A DNA stretch of 32,000 nucleotides from positions 1,890,001 to 1,922,000 of the forward strand of contig OY759724.1 of the NCBI GenBank assembly GCA_963662715.1, written 5' to 3'. This DNA comes from Candidatus Omnitrophota bacterium. Lineage in GTDB: Bacteria; Omnitrophota; Gorgyraeia; Zapsychrales; JANLHA01. How positions within the stretch are numbered: the first letter of the stretch is position 1; each line of letters opens with the position of its first letter. This document shows, one piece after another, positions 10,929-21,066 of this stretch. Position numbers and translations under genes: made by a program. Under the pieces are notes generated by a model that was not told the origin of the DNA, did no database searches, and worked only from the letters and a program-made list of their open reading frames with translations.

Positions 10929-13900
10929 ATGAAGTACCACGCAGATTTTGTCCATCTTCATGTTCATACGCAATACAGCCTTCTTGACGGCGCCTGCCGT
11001 GTCAAAGAGCTCGTCAAGAAAGCCGCCGAATACAAACTGCCCGCCTTGGCCATGACCGACCACGGGAATTTATTCGGGACGGTCGACTTTTATCAGACAG
11101 CTGTCAAGCACGGGGTCAAACCGATTATCGGCTGTGAAACATATATTGCCCCGAACAGCCGTTTCGATAAAGGGCCCCAGCAGGCCAGCCCTTCGCACAT
11201 TGTCCTTTTAGCCAAAGATGAAAACGGTTACCGGAACCTCATGAAGCTTGTGTCCTCCGGGTACCTGGAAGGTTTTTATTACCGGCCGCGTATCGACAAA
11301 GACATCCTTTCCGAATACCGTGAGGGGCTTATCGGGACATCCGCCTGCCTGAAAGGCGAAGTGGCGCAGAAACTTCTTAAGGAGGATTACCAGGCCGCTT
11401 TGAAAACCGCCGATGAATACCGGCAGATTCTCGGCCCGGAGAATTTTTACCTGGAATTAATGCAGCACGGAATTCCCGAACAGAAGACCGTTAATGAAGG
11501 CTTGATGAAAGTCTCCCTCGACTTGGGTATCCCCTGTATCGTTACGAATGACGTGCATTATCTGGAGCAGTCGCAGGCCAAGGCCCATGAGGCTTTGTTG
11601 TGTATCCAGACCCAGTCTTTTTTGAACGACCCCAATCATATGCGGATGAAATCCGACCAGTTTTATTTTAAAGATCCCGAACAGATGAAAAGGGAATTCA
11701 GCTGGGCCCCGGACGCCCTTACCCGGACGCTGGAAGTGGCCGATAAATGCAACCTGCAGCTGCGTTTCGATCAGTACCATCTGCCCCATTATGATATCCC
11801 CGGAGGGGCCACAAAAGAGGATTTCCTGAAGGACCTCTGCCTGGAAGGGATTAAGAAGAGGTTCGGCGCGATCAATCCTCAGATCCAGGAACGGCTGGAT
11901 CATGAGTTGGCCATTATCAGGAAGATGGGGTTCATTTCTTATTTCTTAATTGTGTGGGATTTTATTCATTATGCCAAGCAGCGCGGCATCCCCGTCGGGC
12001 CAGGCCGGGGGTCGGCCGCGGGAAGCCTGGTGAGCTATTTGATCGGGATAACGGACCTGGACCCCCTGAAATACGGATTGCTTTTTGAACGGTTCCTCAA
12101 CCCCGAACGTTCCGGGATGCCGGATATCGACATAGATTTCTGTTTTGAACGGCGGCCGGAGGTTATTGAATATGTCACGAATAAATACGGGAAAGATAAT
12201 GTCGCCCAGATTATCACGTTTGGAACGATGCAGGCCAGAGCCGCGATCCGTGACGTGGGGCGGGTGATGAGCGTGCCTTATGCTGACGTGGATAAACTGG
12301 CGAAAATGATCCCCTCGGAACCCGGGATTACGATTGATCATGCCCTGCAGATCGAACCGCAGCTCAAGAAAGCCGTGCAGGAGGATCAAACCGCCGCCGA
12401 AGTCCTGGAAACGGCCCAGGTCCTGGAGGGCCTGAACCGGCACGCGTCCATTCATGCTGCGGGCGTTGTGATCGGCGACCGGCCGTTGACGGAATATGTG
12501 CCGCTGTTTAAGACTGCGGACGGACAGGTGACGACGGGATTTTCGATGAACGGGATTGCGAAGATCGGCCTGCTGAAAATGGATTTCCTGGGGCTGCGCA
12601 CGTTAACCGTGATTGATAAGGCGGTAAAACTCGTGCAGGAGCGCCACAACATCGATCTTGATATCAGCCGGATCCCGTTGAACGACAAAAAGACGTTTCG
12701 TCTTTTGGGGGATGCGAACAGTTTCGGGATCTTCCAGCTGGAAAGTGCCGGGATGCGGGAACTTTTGAAAAAGATCCGGCCGAACCAGTTTGAAGATCTG
12801 ATCTCCATCCTGGCCCTGTACCGTCCGGGCCCCATGGGCAGCGGGATGTTGGATGATTTTATCAAAAGGAAAAGAGGCGAGATCCAGGTCAAGTACCCTC
12901 ACCGCAAGCTGGAATCCATATTGAAAGAGACGTTCGGAATCATCATTTTTCAGGAACAGGTTATGCAGATGGCGAGTATCCTGGCGGGATTCAGCATGAC
13001 GCAGGCCGATCATCTCCGAAGGGCTATGAGTAAAAAGATCCCGGAGGTTATGGAGGAGATTCGGAGAAGTTTTGTCGAGGGATGCCAGAAGACCTCTTCC
13101 ATCAAAGAGGGGGAGGGAAATAAACTTTTCGATTTGATCGATTATTTTTCCGGCTACGGTTTTAACCGCAGTCATTCGGCGGCGTATGCCTTGATTTCCT
13201 ATCAGACGGCGTATTTGAAGGCCAATTATCCCGTAGAATTCATGTGCGCTCTGCTGACCTGCGAGAAGGATAATACGGATAAAATTGTTGAATACGTGAA
13301 GGAATCAGAACAAATGGGCATCACGGTTCTGCCTCCGGATGTGAATGAAAGCGTCACGGAATTTAATGTCGTGGACGACCATACGATTCGTTTCGGCCTT
13401 CTGGGCGTTAAAAATGTCGGACAGACGGCGATAGAATCCATCGTTGAGAAACGGAACGCAGACGGCCTTTATCAAAGCCTTTATGATATGTGTGAACGAG
13501 TGGACCTGCGCCTCGTTAACCGTAAAGTCATAGAGAGTTTGATCAAAAGCGGTTCCTGTGACTGTTTTAAAGTGCTCCGTTCTCAGTTGATGGCTGTTGT
13601 TGAGCAAGCCCTGGATACGGGGGCTAAAGCGCAAAAGGATAAGGCTTCGGGGCAGTTTTCATTTTTCAGCATGGACAATGATGCCGCCGGATTTAAAAAC
13701 GGGAAAGAGACTCTTCCGGATATCAGGGAATGGCCGCAGAATGAGATTTTGGCTTATGAAAAAGAGGTCCTGGGGTTTTATATCTCCGGTCATCCTTTAG
13801 CGCATTATCACGCGGAAATCCGGGAATTCGCTGATTTTACCACCAAGACATTAAGGCAAGCCACAGAAGGGCAGGAAGTCAAAATAATAGGTATTATTAA

Positions 13901-14366
13901 TAGTATTAAATATACTACTACCCGTAAAACCAACGAGCGGATGGCGATCATAAAATTTGAAGACATGGAAGGGGGGATTGAAATTGTCGTGTTCCCTTCA
14001 ACTTATCAGTCTGTAGCTCCGACTCTGGTGGAAGGCCAGGTTGTTGTGATTGTCGGCCGGGTTAATTTCCGTGATGATGTCCCCGGGCTGGTGGCTAATG
14101 AAATAAAAAAGATCGATGAGATATATAAAGTTATCAAGGCCATCAAAGTTGATTTGTCCGGGCTGGATGAAAAGTGTTTGGAAAAACTTAAAGGGAAGCT
14201 CTCTCTCTCGCCGGGAAAAACTCCGGTTTATTTGAATTTGAATACTAAATCACGAAAAAGTGTCCAAATTCTTGTAGGAGAAGATCTTTTTGTAACACCT
14301 AATGAAATTTTGATGAATGAAATTAAAGATTTGATCGGGGAAAGCCGGTTAAAAGTCAATGTTTGA
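10929..14366 (+). CDS. dnaE: DNA polymerase III alpha subunit
   Basis: 1145 aa. N-terminal PHP motif FVHLHVHTQYSLLDGA, the GSAAGSLVSY and PDIDIDF polymerase-core motifs, and a C-terminal OB region. Confidence 0.97.
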   Translation: MKYHADFVHLHVHTQYSLLDGACRVKELVKKAAEYKLPALAMTDHGNLFGTVDFYQTAVKHGVKPIIGCETYIAPNSRFDKGPQQASPSHIVLLAKDENGYRNLMKLVSSGYLEGFYYRPRIDKDILSEYREGLIGTSACLKGEVAQKLLKEDYQAALKTADEYRQILGPENFYLELMQHGIPEQKTVNEGLMKVSLDLGIPCIVTNDVHYLEQSQAKAHEALLCIQTQSFLNDPNHMRMKSDQFYFKDPEQMKREFSWAPDALTRTLEVADKCNLQLRFDQYHLPHYDIPGGATKEDFLKDLCLEGIKKRFGAINPQIQERLDHELAIIRKMGFISYFLIVWDFIHYAKQRGIPVGPGRGSAAGSLVSYLIGITDLDPLKYGLLFERFLNPERSGMPDIDIDFCFERRPEVIEYVTNKYGKDNVAQIITFGTMQARAAIRDVGRVMSVPYADVDKLAKMIPSEPGITIDHALQIEPQLKKAVQEDQTAAEVLETAQVLEGLNRHASIHAAGVVIGDRPLTEYVPLFKTADGQVTTGFSMNGIAKIGLLKMDFLGLRTLTVIDKAVKLVQERHNIDLDISRIPLNDKKTFRLLGDANSFGIFQLESAGMRELLKKIRPNQFEDLISILALYRPGPMGSGMLDDFIKRKRGEIQVKYPHRKLESILKETFGIIIFQEQVMQMASILAGFSMTQADHLRRAMSKKIPEVMEEIRRSFVEGCQKTSSIKEGEGNKLFDLIDYFSGYGFNRSHSAAYALISYQTAYLKANYPVEFMCALLTCEKDNTDKIVEYVKESEQMGITVLPPDVNESVTEFNVVDDHTIRFGLLGVKNVGQTAIESIVEKRNADGLYQSLYDMCERVDLRLVNRKVIESLIKSGSCDCFKVLRSQLMAVVEQALDTGAKAQKDKASGQFSFFSMDNDAAGFKNGKETLPDIREWPQNEILAYEKEVLGFYISGHPLAHYHAEIREFADFTTKTLRQATEGQEVKIIGIINSIKYTTTRKTNERMAIIKFEDMEGGIEIVVFPSTYQSVAPTLVEGQVVVIVGRVNFRDDVPGLVANEIKKIDEIYKVIKAIKVDLSGLDEKCLEKLKGKLSLSPGKTPVYLNLNTKSRKSVQILVGEDLFVTPNEILMNEIKDLIGESRLKVNV

Positions 14367-14424
14367 AGTGTTTTCCTGGGCTTTTTACCGCAAATCAGAG
14401 CTGATGTTCCGTTATAAAATATCC

Positions 14425-14453
14425 TTGACATCCTAACATCCTGTTGATACTAT
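14425..14453 (+). promoter_or_regulatory. sigma70-like promoter for the HU/IHF gene
   Basis: TTGACA (14425-14430), a 17-nt spacer, then TACTAT (14448-14453), with TG at 14445-14446 (extended -10). Confidence 0.55.
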
Positions 14454-14477
14454 ACTTAGGATTAGGAGGTGAATTAA

Positions 14478-14750
14478 ATGACAAAAAAGGATATCGTTTT
14501 AAAAATAACCGATATGACCGGCATCAAGCAGGTGGATGTCAAAACGATCGTCCAAAAGACTTTTGACGTCATCGTTGAGAGCTTGGTTCGTAATGAGAAA
14601 GTCGAATTACGCAACTTCGGAGTTTTCAAGGTGAAAGAACGAAAAGCCAGATTCGGACGAAATCCCAGAACAGGTGAAAGTGTTCCTGTTCCACCGCGAA
14701 AAGTTGTTGTGTTTAAGCCTGGTTTGGAGATGAAGCAAAGGATAAAATAA
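14478..14750 (+). CDS. HU/IHF-family nucleoid DNA-binding protein
   Basis: 90 aa. Contains the RNFGVFKVKERKARFGRNPRTGESVPVPPRKVVVFKPG beta-arm motif. RBS AGGAGG at 14464-14469. Confidence 0.9.
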   Translation: MTKKDIVLKITDMTGIKQVDVKTIVQKTFDVIVESLVRNEKVELRNFGVFKVKERKARFGRNPRTGESVPVPPRKVVVFKPGLEMKQRIK

Positions 14751-14826
14751 TTTCCTTTTGCAGATTTTGTCATGGTTGCTTATATTTATAAGCACCACTT
14801 TAGATAATTTATATTTATGTCTAAAG

Positions 14827-14854
14827 GGCGGAGGATGATATATCCTCCGCCTTT
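14827..14854 (+). terminator. probable terminator after the HU/IHF gene
   Basis: 10-bp stem GGCGGAGGAT (14827-14836) / ATCCTCCGCC (14842-14851) with a 5-nt loop, followed by only TTT. Confidence 0.5.
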
Positions 14855-14871
14855 AAGATTAATAGTCCCTT

Positions 14872-16176
14872 ATGGTTAAAAAATTTTCTATTCCCAGAGG
14901 CACAATAGACATTTTGCCGGAGGAAGCAGCTTTAAGGCAGAAGATTGAGGGGGTTTTTAGAACTTGTCTGCGTGCATACGGTTATAAGGAAATCCGGACT
15001 CCCGCTTTTGAGGAAACAGCCCTTTTTATCCGTTCCATCGGGGCAACGACAGATGTCGTGCAGAAACAGATGCTTCAGTTGGCCGCGCAAGGTCCTGATG
15101 AGGACGTCCCGCGTTTAAGCGGTTTGTCCCTGCGCCCGGAAGGAACGGCTGCCGTGGCCCGCTCTTACATTGAGCATAGCCTGGATAAACAGGAACAGCT
15201 GTCGAAGTTCTACTATATTTGTCCTATGTTCAGAGGTGAACGGCCGCAGAAAGGGCGTCTCCGGCAGTTTCATCAGGCCGGGGTTGAAGTGATGGGGCCC
15301 CAGTCGTCTTCTCCGTACCTGGATGCAGAAGTCATAACCCTGAGTGTCCGTTTACTGAATCTGCTGGGGCTTGAAAACTTCCGCCTGAAAATCAATTCTT
15401 TAGGAACCAAAGAAGATAAAGAAAACTTTTCCCGTATCCTGCGGGAAAAATTAGCGCCCCGCAAACAGGATTTATGCCAGGATTGCCAGAGCCGTCTGCA
15501 GCGGAATGTTTTCCGTATCCTTGACTGCAAGCACAAAGCATGCCGGGCGATTGTTAAAAAACTGCAGATCAGCGACAGCCATTTATCCCCGGAAAGCCGG
15601 CAGTATTTTCAGCAGGTTTGCCGTATTCTTGACCAGCTTAATATCCGTTATGAACATGTTCCGTCCATGGTGCGGGGACTGGATTATTATACCCATACGG
15701 TTTTTGAGATTTCGGATGAATCTTTAGGCAGTCAGGATGCCTTGGGCGCCGGCGGCCGTTACAATAGCCTTATACGCGACCTGGGGGGGCCGGAGATTGA
15801 TGCTGTGGGTTTTGCCCTGGGGATTGAGCGCATTATTCTGGCTTTGCCGGAAGACCGGAAACGCGCGACCCCGGAGACCGCGGATGTTTTTCTGGTGGCT
15901 TTAAATGAGTCCTGCCGGGACAAGGCTGTGGAAATCCTTTATGCTTTGCGCCATGCCGGCATAGCCAGTGACATGAGTTACCGCAGGGCGTCGGTTAAAA
16001 GCCTCATGCGGCAGGCAGATAAAAGCGGGGCGCGTTTTGTGATGATTTTAGGTGAAGATGAACTGGCTAAGGATGTTGTCACGCTCAAAGATATGATTCA
16101 GGGAGAACAGAAAGAAGTGCCGTGTTCGGAGATTGAACAGGCTGTCCGTCAATATATTCTTCAAAAGAAAGGTTGA
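14872..16176 (+). CDS. hisS: histidine--tRNA ligase
   Basis: 434 aa. Contains PRGTIDILPEE, FRGERPQKGRLRQFHQ (motif 2) and GGRYNSL plus GFALGIERI (motif 3). Confidence 0.95.
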   Translation: MVKKFSIPRGTIDILPEEAALRQKIEGVFRTCLRAYGYKEIRTPAFEETALFIRSIGATTDVVQKQMLQLAAQGPDEDVPRLSGLSLRPEGTAAVARSYIEHSLDKQEQLSKFYYICPMFRGERPQKGRLRQFHQAGVEVMGPQSSSPYLDAEVITLSVRLLNLLGLENFRLKINSLGTKEDKENFSRILREKLAPRKQDLCQDCQSRLQRNVFRILDCKHKACRAIVKKLQISDSHLSPESRQYFQQVCRILDQLNIRYEHVPSMVRGLDYYTHTVFEISDESLGSQDALGAGGRYNSLIRDLGGPEIDAVGFALGIERIILALPEDRKRATPETADVFLVALNESCRDKAVEILYALRHAGIASDMSYRRASVKSLMRQADKSGARFVMILGEDELAKDVVTLKDMIQGEQKEVPCSEIEQAVRQYILQKKG

Positions 16177-16185
16177 GATTGTATT

Positions 16186-17577
16186 ATGTTAAGAACACAT
16201 ACTTGCGGAGAATTAAGAAAAGAACATAAAGACCAGATCGTAACGCTGTGCGGATGGGTGCATAGGCGGCGGGACCATGGTAAATTGATTTTTATCGATA
16301 TCAGGGACCGCTACGGCATTACCCAGGTTGTTTTTGTGCCTTCGGTCAGCCCGGAAGCCCATGATCTCGCGCAGACTTTAGGTCCTGAATATGTCGTTAA
16401 GATTACCGGGAAAGTCGGCGTGAGGCCGCCGAAAAACGTGAACCCGGATATCCCCACCGGAGAAACCGAACTCTGTGCGGAAGGATTGGAAATTTTAAAT
16501 GCGAGCCAGGTCCCGGTTTTTGAAGTGGACGATCAGGCGGAAGTCTCCGAGGAACTGCGCCTGACTTACCGTTATCTGGACATCCGCCGGCCGAAGTTGT
16601 TGAACTCTTTGATCCTCAGGGATCAGTTGTGTTCGGTTCTAAGAAATTTTCTGCACCAGCAGAAATTCCTTGAAGTTGAGACGCCTGTCCTGACGAAGTC
16701 CACCCCGGAAGGGGCCAGGGACTTCCTCGTGCCCGCCCGGCTGAACCCCGGCCATTTTTACGCTTTACCGCAGTCGCCCCAGCTTTTTAAGCAGATGCTG
16801 ATGGTCTCGGGCATTGACCGGTATTATCAAATCGTCAGGTGCTTCCGGGACGAAGACCTGCGGGCTGACCGCCAGCCGGAATTTACTCAGCTGGATATGG
16901 AGATGTCTTTTGTCTCCGAAGAAGATATTTTCTCGGTGACCGAAGACATGTTCCGGACCGTTTTTAAGGAAGTTTTGGGCATGGACCTGCCGACGCCTTT
17001 CCCGCGCATGTCCCACGCCCAGGCCATGGAGCAATACCAGTCAGATAAACCCGACGTCCGCAAACACGATAATGAATTTGCGTTTCTTTGGGTTGTGGAT
17101 TTCCCTATGTTCAAATATAATGATGAAGAACAGAGATGGGAGAGCGAGCATCATCCTTTTACTTCCATGAAAGAAGCAGACTTATGCTATCTTGAAAGCG
17201 AGCAATATGATAAAATAAGGGCAATGTCTTATGACCTGGTTTTAAACGGACACGAAATCGGCAGCGGATCGGTCCGTATTCACCGTAGAGATATTCAAAA
17301 AAAGGTGTTTGAAATTATCGGCTTGGACAAGGAAGAAATTGAGAAACGTTTTGGTTTCCTTTTGAGAGCATTTGAATTTGGCGCGCCCCCTCATGCCGGG
17401 GTGGCTTACGGGATTGACCGCATCGTCAGTATTTTAGCCGGGTTAGACTCGATCAGAGACACCATTGCTTTTCCTAAAACGCAAAAAGGGACATGCTTGG
17501 TTACGGACGCCCCTTCCAGTGTCGGAGAGCGGCAGTTGGCCGAGTTAGGTGTTATGACTCTTAACCAAGATCAATAA
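16186..17577 (+). CDS. aspS: aspartate--tRNA ligase, bacterial type but lacking the GAD insertion domain
   Basis: 463 aa. Bacterial-type N-terminal OB fold, FYALPQSPQLFKQ, FRDEDLRADRQPEFTQLD and GAPPHAGVAYGIDR. SDKPDVRKHDNEFAFLWVVDFPMF joins directly where bacterial AspRS normally carries an insertion of about 130 aa. Confidence 0.9.
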   Translation: MLRTHTCGELRKEHKDQIVTLCGWVHRRRDHGKLIFIDIRDRYGITQVVFVPSVSPEAHDLAQTLGPEYVVKITGKVGVRPPKNVNPDIPTGETELCAEGLEILNASQVPVFEVDDQAEVSEELRLTYRYLDIRRPKLLNSLILRDQLCSVLRNFLHQQKFLEVETPVLTKSTPEGARDFLVPARLNPGHFYALPQSPQLFKQMLMVSGIDRYYQIVRCFRDEDLRADRQPEFTQLDMEMSFVSEEDIFSVTEDMFRTVFKEVLGMDLPTPFPRMSHAQAMEQYQSDKPDVRKHDNEFAFLWVVDFPMFKYNDEEQRWESEHHPFTSMKEADLCYLESEQYDKIRAMSYDLVLNGHEIGSGSVRIHRRDIQKKVFEIIGLDKEEIEKRFGFLLRAFEFGAPPHAGVAYGIDRIVSILAGLDSIRDTIAFPKTQKGTCLVTDAPSSVGERQLAELGVMTLNQDQ

Positions 17578-17615
17578 GCCAAACATTTAAAGGTTAATAC
17601 CAGGAGGTGAACATA

Positions 17616-18209
17616 ATGTTCAGAACAATGAGTCGCGGGATCAGTATCCTTATTATTATGGTGTTGCTGGCCGGATGTGCCGGATCAGGCTCAGCGATCC
17701 GTACGCGTTCTTATGTTGTGGAGAAAGAACGTGTTGACCAGAACATGGAGGGCGGCAACTACGGATACATTTTCGGAACTCCCGTGCCGGAAGACCGCAG
17801 CAGCTATAAAAAGACGCGGGAAGTTTATGTCTTGGAATTTACGAAAGAAGATGTTGATGAACAGGAAGAGAGTTTTGATACGTTATTGCCTCCGCCCCCG
17901 CCCCGGCCGCAAGTGACAAGCACGCCTCCGCCCCGCCGGGAACCCCGCCGGGAACCGGTTGACGAATATGACGCGATCAGCCTTCCCAACTTCGATGACG
18001 ATATCCCCGAGAGTGAGCCGGAACCGGTCATGCGCGCGATGGATTATACGGATTATACGATCCAGAAGAATGATACGCTGCAGAAGATCTCCAAGAAGTT
18101 TTATGATACATACCGTAAATGGCCGCAGATCTATGAAGCCAATAAGGACAAAATTAAAGATCCGAACCGTATTAAACCGGGCGTGACCATCCGTATCCCT
18201 GCCGAGTGA
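17616..18209 (+). CDS. LysM-domain lipoprotein with a Pro-rich linker
   Basis: Canonical lipobox LLAGC. Pro-rich PPPPPRPQVTSTPPPRREPRREP. C-terminal LysM YTIQKNDTLQKISKKFY...IKPGVTIRIP. ATG 17616 lies 8 nt after AGGAGG (17602-17607). Confidence 0.85.
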   Translation: MFRTMSRGISILIIMVLLAGCAGSGSAIRTRSYVVEKERVDQNMEGGNYGYIFGTPVPEDRSSYKKTREVYVLEFTKEDVDEQEESFDTLLPPPPPRPQVTSTPPPRREPRREPVDEYDAISLPNFDDDIPESEPEPVMRAMDYTDYTIQKNDTLQKISKKFYDTYRKWPQIYEANKDKIKDPNRIKPGVTIRIPAE

Positions 18210-19168
18210 TGGAAAAGATATTATATTTAGACAGTATCCGGGACCTGCAGGTCCTGTGCGGCCAGTACGACCAGAATCTGAAATTAATCGAACATGAGCT
18301 GAAAGTCCGGCTTGTCAGGAACGACAACGGGCTTAAGGTTATCGGGAAAAAAGATCAGGTTCAGAAGGTCAGCGAACTGGTCGATTATCTGTTGAGTATT
18401 GCTGCCGACGGACGGGAGGTCAAAAAAAGAGATATCTTCTACGCCCTGCAGCTGACGAAACCGGAAAAGGGCGTTGATTTCAAACGCCTTTCCAAAGAGA
18501 AAATCGAGGTCCCCACCAAGGGGGGCTTGATCACCCCCAAAACCAAAGGCCAGATAGAATATATCGAGGCGATCAAACGGTACGATATTGTTTTTGGCAT
18601 CGGCCCGGCCGGGACCGGAAAAACGTATTTGGCCATGGCGATGGCGGTCAATGCTTTAAAGAAAGGTCTCATCCGCCGCATCGTCCTCACCCGTCCGGCG
18701 ATCGAAGCCGGGGAAAACCTGGGATTTCTCCCCGGGGACATGATCGAAAAAGTCCTGCCGTATTTGCGCCCTCTTTATGATGCCCTTTATGACATGATGG
18801 ACCCTGCCAAAGTGGAGCAGTATACGGAACAGGGCATTATTGAAGTGGCTCCTTTGGCCTTTATGCGCGGCCGCACGTTAAACGATGCTTTCGTTATTCT
18901 GGACGAAGCCCAGAACAGCACGCCGTTTCAGATGAAGATGTTTCTGACCCGCCTGGGTTTTGATTCGAAAACCGTCATTACCGGAGACGTGACGCAGAGC
19001 GATCTCCCCAAAGGAAAACAAATAGGATTGGTCCACGCCCAGAAAATTCTTCAGGGGATCGAGGGGATCAAATTCATTGAATTGACCTCCGAGGATGTCG
19101 TGCGGCATGAACTGGTCCAGAGGATTATTGAGGCCTACAGCCGCAGTGAAAGGGAGGATTTGTCCTGA
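18206..19168 (+). CDS. phoH: PhoH-family ATPase
   Basis: 320 aa. Walker A GPAGTGKTYLAMA and Walker B FVILDEAQN. Its start has a 4-nt ATGA overlap with the upstream gene. Confidence 0.93.
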   Translation: MMEKILYLDSIRDLQVLCGQYDQNLKLIEHELKVRLVRNDNGLKVIGKKDQVQKVSELVDYLLSIAADGREVKKRDIFYALQLTKPEKGVDFKRLSKEKIEVPTKGGLITPKTKGQIEYIEAIKRYDIVFGIGPAGTGKTYLAMAMAVNALKKGLIRRIVLTRPAIEAGENLGFLPGDMIEKVLPYLRPLYDALYDMMDPAKVEQYTEQGIIEVAPLAFMRGRTLNDAFVILDEAQNSTPFQMKMFLTRLGFDSKTVITGDVTQSDLPKGKQIGLVHAQKILQGIEGIKFIELTSEDVVRHELVQRIIEAYSRSEREDLS

Positions 19169-19192
19169 TAGCCGGGATAAGGATTTTGTCTT

Positions 19193-20674
19193 ATGAAAGA
19201 ATTCATTCAGTCACATGTTTCCTTTAAAGATGCGATTCTGATTATTTTCACGCTCCTGCTGCTTATCGTCTTCTGCCAGGTGGTCGGCTTTTCGCTGATT
19301 ATTCCTTTCCTGCTGCTTTTCCTCGGTGTGCAGATCTTTTTTCTGCAGAAAGCCGACTATCGTCTGTTCCTGCAGTTAGGTCTGCTGTTGTCCTTGAACG
19401 TGGCCGGGACGAACTATCTCATGCAGCACACGAGCATTTCCCCGTTTTTTGTCCCGGTGGCCGCTTTTTCGATGCTGGTGATTCTTCTGTACAATGATAC
19501 GGTTCTGGCTTTTATCATGGCCTTTCTCACCAGTGTCATAACGAGCCTGCTTTTGAACAACAGCCTTTACGCGATGGAAGGCCGGGCTTTGATGGGCAGC
19601 GAACTGGAGATCATGCTGATTTTTTTCCTGGGAAGCCTCGCCGCGGTGTATACGGTCAAGGAAGCCCGGACCAGGGGGAGTATTATAGCGACGGGAATTT
19701 ACGTGGCCATTATTCAGGTCGTGGCGTTTTTGCTGTTTCATCACGAAACGGACCTGCTCATCAACCGGGAATTCTATTCCAAATATATTTATCCGCTGGC
19801 GATCAACGGCGTTGTTTCTTCTTTCGTCGTTATGGCGACTTTAAAAGTTTTTGAAACCTGGTTCGGCGTCTTAACGAATTTCAGTCTGCTGGAATTGACG
19901 GATTTCAATCAGCCGCTCTTAAAACGCATGATTCTGGAAGCCCCGGGCACTTACCATCACAGCCTCGTTGTGAGCAATATCGCCGAAGCGGCTTCAGACG
20001 CGGTCGGGGCCAATGCCCTGCTGACGCGCGTCGGGGCTTATTATCATGACGTCGGGAAGATGGTCAAGCCGGAATACTTCACCGAAAACCAGCAGGTCGG
20101 GCGGAACAAACACGATTTCATTGAGCCGAATGTCAGCCGGCTCGTGATCCTTAACCATGTCAAAGAAGGCCTGGAACTGGCCAAAAAATATAAACTCAAT
20201 CCCGTGATTTATTCTTTTATCGTTCAGCACCACGGGACAGGCCTCATGTATTATTTTTACCAGCGGGCCCTGGAGGACGCCGAAGACCAAACCTCGGTCA
20301 AAGAGGAAGCGTTTCGTTACCCGGGGCCGAAACCGCAGAGCAAGGAAACGGCCATCGTGCTTTTAGCCGATTCTGCGGAAGCTGCGACCCGGTCTTTGGA
20401 CGACCCGACGCCCAAAAAGATTGAAGAACTTGTCCGGAAGATTATCAATAATAAGTTTATCGACGGGCAGCTGGATGAATGTGATTTAACCCTTAAAGAA
20501 ATTGAACTGATCGCGCAATCATTCACCCGGGTTTTGAGTGCGATGTACCACAGCCGGGTGAAATATCCGGAAAAGAAGAATGGCAGTGACAGTCGAAATC
20601 AGAAATCAGCAGAGAAGAATCCCCCTCCACCTCCATCCGGTCGACCGAATCATCAAGACGGTTCTGCAGGCTGA
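19193..20674 (+). CDS. 7TM-HD membrane phosphohydrolase (PgpH/YqfF-like), short form
   Basis: 493 aa. Multiple N-terminal TM helices, then an HD domain (HHSLVVSN...YYHDVGK). It sits in the classic phoH-pgpH-ybeY neighbourhood. The long extracellular N-terminal domain of full-length PgpH is absent. Confidence 0.8.
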   Translation: MKEFIQSHVSFKDAILIIFTLLLLIVFCQVVGFSLIIPFLLLFLGVQIFFLQKADYRLFLQLGLLLSLNVAGTNYLMQHTSISPFFVPVAAFSMLVILLYNDTVLAFIMAFLTSVITSLLLNNSLYAMEGRALMGSELEIMLIFFLGSLAAVYTVKEARTRGSIIATGIYVAIIQVVAFLLFHHETDLLINREFYSKYIYPLAINGVVSSFVVMATLKVFETWFGVLTNFSLLELTDFNQPLLKRMILEAPGTYHHSLVVSNIAEAASDAVGANALLTRVGAYYHDVGKMVKPEYFTENQQVGRNKHDFIEPNVSRLVILNHVKEGLELAKKYKLNPVIYSFIVQHHGTGLMYYFYQRALEDAEDQTSVKEEAFRYPGPKPQSKETAIVLLADSAEAATRSLDDPTPKKIEELVRKIINNKFIDGQLDECDLTLKEIELIAQSFTRVLSAMYHSRVKYPEKKNGSDSRNQKSAEKNPPPPPSGRPNHQDGSAG

Positions 20675-21059
20675 AGGCATTGTTCAGGCGGAACTTTCGG
20701 TCGTCTTTGTTACGGACACTCAAATCCGAGCTTTGAACAAAACGTATCTTCGTCATGACGGACCGACTGACGTGCTGGCCTTTGATTTAAGCGGACCGTT
20801 ACTCCCGGAGGGGAAGGGGACGCCCCGGCGGCGGAACATAAAATCCCTGGAAGGGGAGCTAGTTATTTCGACGACAACGGCGGCCCGTCAGGCGAAAGAA
20901 TATCAGACCAGCCCTTTTCAGGAAGTGGCTTTATATCTTGTGCACGGCATTCTTCACTTGTGCGGATATGATGACCATTGCCAGAGAGATATCAGTAAAA
21001 TGCGCAAGAGAGAACGGGAATTGATGGAGCTGCTGGGAAGAAAGAAATATTTGGCATAG
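20580..21059 (+). CDS. ybeY: rRNA maturation endoribonuclease YbeY
   Basis: 159 aa with the zinc motif HGILHLCGYDDH. Its start overlaps the upstream gene by 95 nt in another frame. Confidence 0.9.
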   Translation: MAVTVEIRNQQRRIPLHLHPVDRIIKTVLQAEGIVQAELSVVFVTDTQIRALNKTYLRHDGPTDVLAFDLSGPLLPEGKGTPRRRNIKSLEGELVISTTTAARQAKEYQTSPFQEVALYLVHGILHLCGYDDHCQRDISKMRKRERELMELLGRKKYLA

Positions 21060-21066
21060 GATATAA

